Part shown: positions 29,268 through 37,387 of the stretch, piece by piece
Layout: the number at the start of each line of letters is the position of its first letter
Position numbering within the stretch: position 1 is the stretch's first letter
Source: an uncultured Enterobacterales bacterium
GTDB taxonomy: Bacteria; Myxococcota_A; UBA796; JAFGLY01
Length of the DNA stretch: 64,000 nucleotides
Assembly: GCA_964512185.1 (NCBI GenBank)
Contig: CAZEJJ010000001.1
Location: 40,704 to 104,703 of the forward strand
Reading direction: 5' to 3'
Notes under the pieces: generated by a model
The model's input: the letters and a program-made list of their open reading frames with translations, nothing else
Told to the model about the DNA's origin: nothing
Database searches by the model: none
Made by a program: the position numbers and the translations under genes

Positions 29268-30503
29268 ATGATCCAGGTCGAGGAAGCGCTGGAGCGCGTG
29301 ATGCAGGGAGTCGAGCCCCTGCCGCCCCGCTCCATGCCCCTGGCCCAGGCCCACGGCCGGCAGCTGGCGGCCCCGGTCCACAGCCCGCGCGCCATCCCCC
29401 CCCTCGACAACAGCGCCATGGATGGCTTCGCCCTGCGCTCGGCCGACACGCGGCGGGTTCCGGCCCGGCTCTCGGTGGTGGCCTTCACGCCCGCCGGCAG
29501 CCCCCCTGCGGCGGCCATCGAGGCCGGGCAGGCCGTCCGGATCATGACCGGGGCGCCCGTGCCGCCCGGCGCCGATGCCGTGGTGCGCATCGAGGACACA
29601 CAGCCCCGCGATCAGCAGGTGGACATCCTGGTGTCGGCCCAGTCCGGCCAGTGCATCCGCAGCGCCGGCGAAGACATCGCCCTGGGACAGCGGGTCCTCA
29701 CCGCTGGCTGCACCCTGCAGGCGGCCCAGCTGGGGGTGCTGGCCTCCATGGGCCAGGCGCAGGTGCAGGTGGTGCGCCGGCCTCGGGTGGCCATCCTGTC
29801 CACCGGCGACGAGATCGTCCGCCCGGGAGAGCCGCTCTCGGCTGGCCAGATCTACGGTTCCAACGGCTATACCCTGCAGGCCCTCGTGCGCGAGGCGGGC
29901 GCGGTGGCGCTGGATCGCGGCGTCGCTCCCGACGACCTGGATTCTACCCGCGCGGCCCTGCGCGCCTGCCAGCCCTGTGACATCCTCCTCACCACCGGCG
30001 GCGTGAGCGTCGGCGACCACGACTGGGTGCGCAGCGCACTCCAGGAAGAGGGCGCCGATCTCCAGGCCTGGAAGGTGGCGGTCAAGCCCGGCAAGCCCGT
30101 GGCCTTCGGCCGGCTCGGCGGCTGCCGGATCTTCGCGCTGGCCGGCAACCCCGTGAGCTGCATGGTGGGCTTCTACCAGTGGGTGCGCCCGGTGATCCGC
30201 GCCATGCTCCGCGATCCCAGGCCCTACCTGCCGGTCATCGACGCGCTCGCCACGGAGCGCATCGCCAAGCGTCCCGGGCGGGCCTGGCTCGAGCGGGCGC
30301 AGCTCGAGCGCAGCGCCGACGGCTCCTGGCTGGCCACGCGCACCGGCACCCAGTCCTCCGGGGCGCTCAGCTCCATGGCCCATGCCCACGGCCTGCTGCT
30401 GCTTCGCGGCGACTCCACCGGGGTGGAGCCAGGTTCCAGGGTGCGGGTGATGGTGCTGGACTGGTCCTTCCTGGCTGGCCAGAGCCCCGACTACGGCTGG
30501 TAG
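29268..30503 (+). CDS. moeA: Molybdopterin molybdenumtransferase MoeA
   Basis: Internal ATG 29268 of the track ORF. Sequence MIQVEEALERV...DNSAMDGFAL...IMTGAPVPPGADAVV...STGDEI...TTGGVSVGDHD...KPGKP. Confidence 0.9.
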   Translation: MIQVEEALERVMQGVEPLPPRSMPLAQAHGRQLAAPVHSPRAIPPLDNSAMDGFALRSADTRRVPARLSVVAFTPAGSPPAAAIEAGQAVRIMTGAPVPPGADAVVRIEDTQPRDQQVDILVSAQSGQCIRSAGEDIALGQRVLTAGCTLQAAQLGVLASMGQAQVQVVRRPRVAILSTGDEIVRPGEPLSAGQIYGSNGYTLQALVREAGAVALDRGVAPDDLDSTRAALRACQPCDILLTTGGVSVGDHDWVRSALQEEGADLQAWKVAVKPGKPVAFGRLGGCRIFALAGNPVSCMVGFYQWVRPVIRAMLRDPRPYLPVIDALATERIAKRPGRAWLERAQLERSADGSWLATRTGTQSSGALSSMAHAHGLLLLRGDSTGVEPGSRVRVMVLDWSFLAGQSPDYGW

Positions 30504-30650
30504 CGCGGTCCCCAGCCCATCCACAGGGCCGTGCCAGGATAGGCCAACGGACAGGCGCCCGACACAGCGGAGCCAGACCCGGCTTGCATCCAAGCCTCGA
30601 ACGGGCGACGATCCTTCTCCAGCCCAGGACCCACCCACCGAGGAGCCACC

Positions 30651-31850
30651 ATGGGCGCCGAAGAGCATCACCACCTCGCCGGATCCGACCCGGTGGCCTT
30701 CCACGTCATCGTCGTGTCCACCAGCCGCACCGCCCACACCGACCGGAGCGGACCGCTCATCGTCGAGCGCATCGAGGCCGCCGGGCACCGGGTCGTGGGG
30801 CGCGACCTGCTCCCCGACGACCAGGCCACGGTCCACGCTCGCCTGCGGTCGCTGCAGCAGCAGGGGAGGGCCGAGGTGGTGGTCCTGTCGGGCGGCACCG
30901 GGCTGTCCGCCAAGGACCGCACCTACGAAGCGGTGCAGCAGCTGCTCGACAAGGAGCTGGCCGGCTTCGGCGAGATCTTTCGCCGCCTGAGCTACGACGA
31001 GATCGGCAGCGCCGCCATGATGTCTCGCGCCACGGCGGGCCTGGCGGGGAGCCTGGTGATCTTCGCGCTGCCCGGCTCCCCCAGCGCCTGCCGCCTGGGC
31101 CTCGACGCGCTGATCCTCCCCGAAGCGCAGCACCTGCTGTTCGAGCTGCGCAAGGAACGCGCCGGCGACGAGCCCAGCGAGCGGGCTCCCCTCGCGCCCA
31201 CGGAGCCTGACACCCCAGCCTCAGATCCTCCCCCCGAGCTCGCAGCCCAGGACGATCGGAAGCTGCAGGTCGACCTCGTGGAGCACGGCACAGCCGAGGC
31301 GCCAGAGCAGGCCGAGATCGTCTCGATCAGCGCCGGCTGGAAGGGCGCGCTCGAAGCGCTGGGAGCCACGGTGGACGCGGGTCGCTTCCACAGCCCGCCC
31401 GCCGCCATGGCCGCCATCGACCCGGTGCGCAACGTGCTCGAGTCCGCAGGGCAGGTGGGCACCGCCACCCTCGAAGACGGCACCACCTACGGGCTGTTCG
31501 GCTACCCGGATCTGCTGCGGCCTGCATCCAAGGTGCTGCTCGTCATGGACAGCGGTCCCCTGGGCGCCGCCATCGCGCTGCACCGTCATCCGCGGCAGGT
31601 GGGCCTCGCTGCCGCTCCCGGACAAGCTGTGCTGGGGCACGCCCACAGCCGCGCCGGGCTGGAGCGCATCGCCCAGGAGGTCACCGGCGGGCCGTGGGAC
31701 TTCGATGGGCAGCTCTTCGCGGTGGAGGGCGACCGCGTCTACGCGGTGGCCGACGACCGGGTCAGCTCCTGGGACGGCCGCAGGGAGCGCCTCGAAGGCA
31801 CGACGGGTTCCGCCATGGCGAGCCTCATGCTGCGCTGGTCCCAGCGGTAG
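30651..31850 (+). CDS. moaB: MoaB/MogA-type molybdenum cofactor biosynthesis domain fused to an unknown ~220-aa C-terminal domain
   Basis: 399 aa. The N-terminal ~165 aa carry LSGGTGLSAKDRTYEA...GLAGSLVIFALPGSPSA. The remainder has no motif I recognise. GAGGAG RBS upstream. Confidence 0.8.
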   Translation: MGAEEHHHLAGSDPVAFHVIVVSTSRTAHTDRSGPLIVERIEAAGHRVVGRDLLPDDQATVHARLRSLQQQGRAEVVVLSGGTGLSAKDRTYEAVQQLLDKELAGFGEIFRRLSYDEIGSAAMMSRATAGLAGSLVIFALPGSPSACRLGLDALILPEAQHLLFELRKERAGDEPSERAPLAPTEPDTPASDPPPELAAQDDRKLQVDLVEHGTAEAPEQAEIVSISAGWKGALEALGATVDAGRFHSPPAAMAAIDPVRNVLESAGQVGTATLEDGTTYGLFGYPDLLRPASKVLLVMDSGPLGAAIALHRHPRQVGLAAAPGQAVLGHAHSRAGLERIAQEVTGGPWDFDGQLFAVEGDRVYAVADDRVSSWDGRRERLEGTTGSAMASLMLRWSQR

Positions 31851-31867
31851 GGACGCTGGCGGCCGCC

Positions 31868-32554
31868 ATGGAGCAGCGCCGCCCGCCGCAGCGGGAGCAG
31901 GCCCCTGCTGGCCGCTGCCCCCACCTGCCCGGCGCGCCAGCGGTGGCCCGCTGCTGCGGCTGCGGCTCCGATCTCTGCGCCGCCTGCGCGCAGCGGGCCG
32001 CGGCCAGAAGCTGGTGCGCCACCTGTCGGCCCGCCGCGGCCCCCCGCGCGCATGCGCAGCGGCGTGGCACCGCCGGCAGCGTCGCGAAGCTGCTGGTGCT
32101 CGCCGTGGGTTCCATCCTGGGGACCTTCGCGCTGGCCTGCCTGCTCGCCTGGCAGGGCGCCACACGACAAGCCGAAGCCGATCGAGAGTCCCTGGCCCAC
32201 CTGCGCTTCGCCCTGGAAGACTTCTACCTGGACATGTCGCGCTATCCCACCACCCAGGAGGGGTTCGCCGCCCTGGTCTCTCCCGATCCCGAGATGCTCG
32301 GTAGACCTCTGGACGGCTGGCGAGGCCCCTACCTGGACCTGGCGCGGGTGAGGCTGCGCTGGTCCACCCAACGAGGCGGCCTCTCGGACCGCTACGGCTA
32401 TCCCGTCGTCTACTACGCCGGCCCGAGAGGCGCATGGGTCTACGTGGCCGCGCCCGGGCCCAACGGTCAGCTGGACTCGCCAGCGCTGGGCACGGCCGCC
32501 TTCGACGGCACCAGCCAGGGCGACGACATGGTCGTCTGGGTGGAGGGACCGTGA
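31868..32554 (+). CDS. Zn-ribbon / TM / GspG-like (pseudopilin-fold) domain protein
   Basis: Internal ATG 31868. N-terminal Cys cluster CPHLPGAPAVARCCGCGSDLCAACAQRAAARSWCATC, TM helix LLVLAVGSILGTFALACLLAW. The C-terminal domain resembles T2SS GspG (LEDFYLDMSRYPTTQEGFAALV...WRGPYLD...YGYPVVYY...GPNGQLDS...DDMVVW). Confidence 0.7.
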   Translation: MEQRRPPQREQAPAGRCPHLPGAPAVARCCGCGSDLCAACAQRAAARSWCATCRPAAAPRAHAQRRGTAGSVAKLLVLAVGSILGTFALACLLAWQGATRQAEADRESLAHLRFALEDFYLDMSRYPTTQEGFAALVSPDPEMLGRPLDGWRGPYLDLARVRLRWSTQRGGLSDRYGYPVVYYAGPRGAWVYVAAPGPNGQLDSPALGTAAFDGTSQGDDMVVWVEGP

Positions 32555-33288
32555 GGAGCGCCCTGGCACCCGCCGATCGCGCCTTCAGTGCGCTGCGCAG
32601 GGCGCCGGAGATGGTGCTCACCTGGTGGGCCTCCACCCTGCCCATGCTGGGCATCGGCTGGGTCCTGCTGGCCCGAGCCTGGCGGGGAGGTCCGCCCTGG
32701 TTGAGCGGGGACCTGCTGGCCCTGTTCTCCCTGTCCGCCCTGCTGGTGCTCGCCGCGGCCTGGTACGCCATGGGGGCGGCCTTCATGCTGCACCAGGCGC
32801 GAGCGGCGCTGGAGGGACGGCCGCACCGTCGCCTCCCCAGCCCTGGCCGCCTCGTGGATGACCTGGCCCCCATGGCGAACGCCCTCGGGGCCCGCCTCCT
32901 GCTCAGCTGCGCGGCGCTGATCCCGCTGGGAGCCGCGCTGCCCCTGGCGCGCATCGCCAGCGCCACCTGGCCGATCAGCGCGGTTCTGGGCCCCCCCCTC
33001 CAGCGACGCTGGCTGCCGCCGCTTTCGGTGGTGCTGATCTCCCTCGCCTCGTGGTCGCTCGTCATCCTGATCACCGTGAACCTCGCGGTGCTGCTGAGCT
33101 GGCTGCGCTTCGGCTCCCTGCTGGAGAGCTCCCAGCTGCTCTCGCGCCTGTCCGACCCGGCGAGCTGGCTGCTGGCGCTGGCCCTGGCGCTCTCCGTCGT
33201 AGAGCCCTGGCGGGCCCTCGCGCTGGTGTCGGCCCTGTACCCTCCCGGACCAGCGCGCCCGGCGACAGGCCACGAGGAGGCGTCTTGA
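32551..33288 (+). CDS. Polytopic membrane protein of unknown function
   Basis: GTG start overlapping the upstream stop (GTGA). At least 5 hydrophobic segments. The upstream portion of the track ORF overlaps the previous gene out of frame. Confidence 0.55.
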   Translation: MRSALAPADRAFSALRRAPEMVLTWWASTLPMLGIGWVLLARAWRGGPPWLSGDLLALFSLSALLVLAAAWYAMGAAFMLHQARAALEGRPHRRLPSPGRLVDDLAPMANALGARLLLSCAALIPLGAALPLARIASATWPISAVLGPPLQRRWLPPLSVVLISLASWSLVILITVNLAVLLSWLRFGSLLESSQLLSRLSDPASWLLALALALSVVEPWRALALVSALYPPGPARPATGHEEAS

Positions 33289-34151
33289 TCTCCCTGGCAA
33301 TGCTGTTTTGCCTGGGCAGCGCTCACGCCGAGTCCATCAGCCTCGAGGGCTGGCGCACGCTGCTCCGCGATGCACAGCGCCAGGTGACCACCAGCTCCCC
33401 GACCGCTCCGGTGGCCCTGCGGCGCCTGGCCGATCGCCGCGTACGCGATCCCGAAGGGGGGATCATCGAGGTGGACGACGGCGTCCTCCAGAGGCTGACC
33501 CTGGCAGCCGACAGCCTGCCCGACGACGACGCCTCACGCCGCGCCACCGCCCTGCACCTCGCGCTGCTCGAGTCCGAGGCGGACCAGCTCCTCCGGGCCC
33601 CACCCCCACCCTACGCCCGGGCCATCAGGCCAGACGGGGCCCTCTTCCCCACCACCACCCGGCCCCTGCCCCCCGCCTCGGAGGACTCGAGCCTGCAGCC
33701 ATCCCTGGAGGCCGGCTGGAGCCGCGTGCGAGCCTGGGTGGGGCTGGCCATCACCGGCCGCGGCAGCGGCCCGCTGGGCGTGCCCTCCACCGTCCTGCTG
33801 CTGGTGAGCCTCGTCTTCCTGCTGCTGGTGGTGTGGCCGGCGCTCAGCCGCGCTCTGCCCGGCGGGCAGGTGGCGGCGCAGAGCGCCACGGGCGATGCGG
33901 CTCCCAGGCACAGCCCGCTGGGCGAGCGCCTGCTGCGACTGCTGGCGCGCCTCGAGGGGGAGGGCCTGCTCCGACGGGCCCGCCTGCTGACCAACGGCGA
34001 GGTGCTGCAGCGCCTGCCGCTGCCCTTCGGCCGCGCCCTGCGTCCCGCCCTTGAGGCTCACGATCGCGCCTGCTACGGCTCACTCTCCGAGCAGAGCGCT
34101 GACGATCAAGCGTTGGAGCGCGCTGACGCCGCCCTCCAGGAGCTGCTGTGA
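33285..34151 (+). CDS. DUF4129-like membrane protein
   Basis: TTG start (TTGA overlap) 4 nt after GAGGAGG; an alternative ATG lies at 33300. Signal-like N-terminus, TM helix TVLLLVSLVFLLLVVWPAL, C-terminal DUF4129-type motif LLTNGEVLQRL...AHDRACYGS. Confidence 0.65.
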   Translation: MISLAMLFCLGSAHAESISLEGWRTLLRDAQRQVTTSSPTAPVALRRLADRRVRDPEGGIIEVDDGVLQRLTLAADSLPDDDASRRATALHLALLESEADQLLRAPPPPYARAIRPDGALFPTTTRPLPPASEDSSLQPSLEAGWSRVRAWVGLAITGRGSGPLGVPSTVLLLVSLVFLLLVVWPALSRALPGGQVAAQSATGDAAPRHSPLGERLLRLLARLEGEGLLRRARLLTNGEVLQRLPLPFGRALRPALEAHDRACYGSLSEQSADDQALERADAALQELL

Positions 34152-35161
34152 GCGCCGCGCGCGGACGCCCCCTGGCCCTGGCCGCCCTGCTGGCGGCGCT
34201 CGCGGCCGGCTCGATCCTGGCCGGCAGCGTGAGCCCGCTGGGACCCCAGGGGAGTACTCGCGGCTCCGCCAGCCTGCTGGTGGGCTCCAGCTACCACGAC
34301 GGCCCGCGGGGGGTCTCCGACCTCTTCCGCCTCCTCAGCCGCAGCGGGCCGCGCACGGGCCGCTGGATCCGGCCCCTCACCCAGCTGCCACCCGGCGGCA
34401 CCCTGGTGGTGGCGGCGCCCTCCAGGGCGCTGGGGAGAGAGGAGCAGCGCCAGCTCCTGCTGCACGCCGAAGCCGGCGGCACCGTGGTCTTCGTGGCCGA
34501 GGAGCTGCCCGAAGCCATCGAGAAACGCGGAATCTCACTGCAGCAGGTCCCCCTGCCGGCCGCCAGCCGACCGCAGCTTCCATCGCCCCTGGTGGATCCG
34601 GAGGCCCCGCTCGAGAGCCGGGGCATGGCGCTGGTCAAGCCCTCGGCTGCGTCCCTGTCCCTGTACGGCTCCAGTCACGGTGCGCGCATCGCCCTGGCGC
34701 CCGCCGGCCAGGGGCGCCTGCTGATCGTCACCGATCCCTTCATCCTGAGCAACGAGGGCATCCGCCGCGACGGAAACCTGCGCTTCGCGTGGCGGCTGGC
34801 CCACGCCCTCCCGGAGCCCATCTGGTTCGATGAATTCCACCACGGCTTCGAGCCACAGCGCGGCATGCTGGCCTACGCCCGCTTCAAGGGCCTGGGGCCC
34901 ATCCTGCTGCTGCTCTGCGCGGTGGCCATGCTCGCCCTGTGGAGAGCCAAGCTGCGCATCACCAGCCCACTGCCCACGACGCCACCGCGGGCTCCCGGCC
35001 CCGCGGCGCTGGTGGAGCCCCTGGCGCGAGCGCTGCGCGAGGCCGACGACAGCGCCGCGTGCCTGGCCCTGCTGGGGGCACCGGCTCCTGCCGAGGGCTC
35101 TCAGAAACAGAGCCTGCTCGACCTCGCGCGGGCCGCCCGCACCCGCTCCTCTCGCACCTGA
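34148..35161 (+). CDS. DUF4350-like protein
   Basis: 337 aa, GTGA overlap. Motifs GGTVVFVAE, DPFILSNEGIRRDGNLRFAWRL, WFDEFHHGF, followed by C-terminal TM helix ILLLLCAVAMLALW. Confidence 0.7.
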   Translation: MSAARGRPLALAALLAALAAGSILAGSVSPLGPQGSTRGSASLLVGSSYHDGPRGVSDLFRLLSRSGPRTGRWIRPLTQLPPGGTLVVAAPSRALGREEQRQLLLHAEAGGTVVFVAEELPEAIEKRGISLQQVPLPAASRPQLPSPLVDPEAPLESRGMALVKPSAASLSLYGSSHGARIALAPAGQGRLLIVTDPFILSNEGIRRDGNLRFAWRLAHALPEPIWFDEFHHGFEPQRGMLAYARFKGLGPILLLLCAVAMLALWRAKLRITSPLPTTPPRAPGPAALVEPLARALREADDSAACLALLGAPAPAEGSQKQSLLDLARAARTRSSRT

Positions 35162-35174
35162 TCCCGAGGCACGC

Positions 35175-36128
35175 ATGGACACCGAAATCCCGCAGCTCAC
35201 AGAGACCTTCGCCCAGCATATCGAGCGCGTGGTGGTGGGGGGCGCTCCCCTGGCCGAGGTCCTCCTGTTGGCCCTGGCCGCGGGTGGTCACGCCCTGCTG
35301 GAGGGGCCGCCCGGCACGGGCAAGACCCTGCTGGGGAGAGCGGTCTCCAGGCTGGTGGGGCTGCCGTTCCGCAGGGTCCAGCTCACCCCCGACCTGCTGC
35401 CCGCAGACATCACCGGCACCATGGTCATGGCCCCCGGTCAAGGGGGCCCGAGCTTCAGGCCCGGGCCGGTGTTCACGGGTGTGCTGATGGCCGACGAGGT
35501 CAACCGGGCTCCCCCGCGCACCCAGGCGGCCCTGCTCGAAGCCATGGAGGAACGCCAGGTCACCGTGGACGGCGTCTCCAGGCCCCTGGATCCCCACTTC
35601 ACGGTGATCGCCACCCTGAACACGGTGGAGGTGGACGGCGCCTGGCCCCTGCCGGAGGCCCAGCTGGATCGCTTCGCCGTGCACGTGCGCATGGGCTACC
35701 CCAGCGCGGCGGTGGAAGCGGAGCTGCTGGAGCGCATGGAACGAGGGCTCGATCCCAGGGGAGCGGCCCTGGCTGCCCTCGAACCCCTGCTTGACACCCG
35801 GCTGCTCGACGAGCTCGCCGGAGCCTGCCGATCCGCGCGCATCGCCCCCGTCGTGCAGCGCTTCCTCCTGGAGCTGGTCCAGGCCACCCGGGCGGACCCC
35901 CGTGTCGCCCTGGGCCCGTCGCCCCGCGCCGTGGTCCAGCTGGCGAGCCTCTGCCGCGCCCGGGCGGCCCTCGCCGGCCGCGATCACGTGCTGCCCGACG
36001 ACGTAGCCTCCCTGCTGCACCCCGCCCTGGCCCACCGGGTGCGGCTGCATCCCGAGGCCTTGCTGGACGAGGAGGACGCCGCCGGTGTGCTCGACAGCGC
36101 TCGAGAGCAGGTGGAGGTGCCGCGTTGA
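35175..36128 (+). CDS. MoxR-family AAA+ ATPase (AAA_3)
   Basis: Internal ATG 35175. Walker A EGPPGTGKT, Walker B LMADEVNRAPPRTQAALLEAMEERQVT, plus ATLN and GPSPRA. Confidence 0.92.
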   Translation: MDTEIPQLTETFAQHIERVVVGGAPLAEVLLLALAAGGHALLEGPPGTGKTLLGRAVSRLVGLPFRRVQLTPDLLPADITGTMVMAPGQGGPSFRPGPVFTGVLMADEVNRAPPRTQAALLEAMEERQVTVDGVSRPLDPHFTVIATLNTVEVDGAWPLPEAQLDRFAVHVRMGYPSAAVEAELLERMERGLDPRGAALAALEPLLDTRLLDELAGACRSARIAPVVQRFLLELVQATRADPRVALGPSPRAVVQLASLCRARAALAGRDHVLPDDVASLLHPALAHRVRLHPEALLDEEDAAGVLDSAREQVEVPR

Positions 36129-37387
36129 CCCGACCCGGTCCGCTGGCCATCGCCGCCCTGGCGGCCAGCCTCGCCCCCGCCGCGCTGGCTCATCGTTGGC
36201 CCATCGCCGGTACGGTGACCATCATCTGGCTGCTGGGCTGGCTGGCGGCGACGGCCCTGGCTGCGGCGCGCCTACCCCGCAGGGAGCACCTGCTGCTGGA
36301 GCCCGAGCTGCCCGGGCTCGCCCGCCAGGGTGTGCCCACCTCACTGCAGATCGGCCTGACCAACCTGCACTTCCGCAGCCTGCACCTCGAGCTGTGCCTG
36401 GTCCGGCCCGAGGGCGTGCGGCTGGAATCCGACGCCCACAGCTGCCGCCTCGAACCGGGAGCCCACCACCGGCTCCAGCTGGCCCTGACTCCGCAGCGGC
36501 GGGGCGAGCTGTCCTTGGGCGATCTTCGCCTGAGCCTCTCGGACGGCCTGGGCTGGCTCGAGCGCATCGTCGATGTGCCCACAGAGCAGGAGCTCGCCGT
36601 GCACCACCGTCCCCTGCCTGGCCGTGTCCTGGCGGGTCTCCTGCCGCGGGTGGCTCCGGCGCGCCCGGCACCGTCCACCGAGCGCGCCGCCTTCGCGGGG
36701 CTGCGCCCGCTGGGCCCGGGTGAGGACGCCCGCGACCTGTGCTGGAGCGCCAGCGCCCGCAGCGGCGTGCCCATGACCCGCACCTGGGAGAAGCCACGGG
36801 CGGGTCCCGTGCTGATCCTGCTGGACCGGGGCTCCGGCATGGCGCTGGACTGCGAGGGCTGCGAGTGTCGCTTCGACCGCGCCATCTCCATGGTTGCGGG
36901 CATCGCCCACGCGCTGCACCATGGCGGGCACGCGCTGGGGCTGGCCAGCTGGAGCCAGGGTCTGGACAGCTGGATCGCGCCCAAAGCCCGGGGCCTGCAC
37001 CGGGTGCTGGAGGCGCTGCCCCGGCTGCATCCCGCCGGCGCGCCCTGGGACCCCAGCGAGCTGCCCGCAGCCCTCAAGACGCGCCTGCGTCCCGGCGCCA
37101 CCATCCTGGTGCTCACCGAGCCCGACGGGGAGCCCGACGCGCTGCGCGCCGCCATCGCGCAGCTGGGCAGGCGCCACGCCGTGCGCGTCCTGCTGGTGGG
37201 CGATCCGCCGCTGCTGTCTTCCGCCAGGCGCCCGGTGCACCAGGCGGACGACGCCTGGCGCTACTGCGCGGCGCTCGCCCTGCTCCAGGAGCGCCGGCGC
37301 GCTGCGCGGCTCTGGAGCTCGGCTGGCGCGCGGGTGGTGGACGCCGGCGGACGCCTGGACGGCGCCCACCAGGCGCTGCCCAGGTAG
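36125..37387 (+). CDS. DUF58 protein (MoxR partner, vWA-like)
   Basis: 420 aa, TTGA overlap with moxR. Two N-terminal TM helices, the DUF58 core (...FAGLRPLGPGEDARDLCWSASARSG...), and a vWA-like LILLDRGSGM. Confidence 0.8.
   Translation: MTRPGPLAIAALAASLAPAALAHRWPIAGTVTIIWLLGWLAATALAAARLPRREHLLLEPELPGLARQGVPTSLQIGLTNLHFRSLHLELCLVRPEGVRLESDAHSCRLEPGAHHRLQLALTPQRRGELSLGDLRLSLSDGLGWLERIVDVPTEQELAVHHRPLPGRVLAGLLPRVAPARPAPSTERAAFAGLRPLGPGEDARDLCWSASARSGVPMTRTWEKPRAGPVLILLDRGSGMALDCEGCECRFDRAISMVAGIAHALHHGGHALGLASWSQGLDSWIAPKARGLHRVLEALPRLHPAGAPWDPSELPAALKTRLRPGATILVLTEPDGEPDALRAAIAQLGRRHAVRVLLVGDPPLLSSARRPVHQADDAWRYCAALALLQERRRAARLWSSAGARVVDAGGRLDGAHQALPR

Noticed and set aside
30504-30650. Moco riboswitch upstream of the moaB-like gene
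   Set aside because: The size (147 nt) and context are right, and there is a small hairpin (GGCTTG-CATC-CAAGCC). However, I could not find the conserved Moco-motif elements I remember, such as GGAAAGG or the CCUCC-type segments. An Infernal scan with the Rfam MOCO_RNA_motif model would settle it.
32563-32580. Sigma-54-like TGGCAC element (CTGGCACCCGCCGATCGC)
   Set aside because: The spacing to any GC/TTGC -12 element is wrong. It lies inside the coding sequence right after a translationally coupled start, and the only EBP-like protein nearby lacks the sigma-54 interaction loop.
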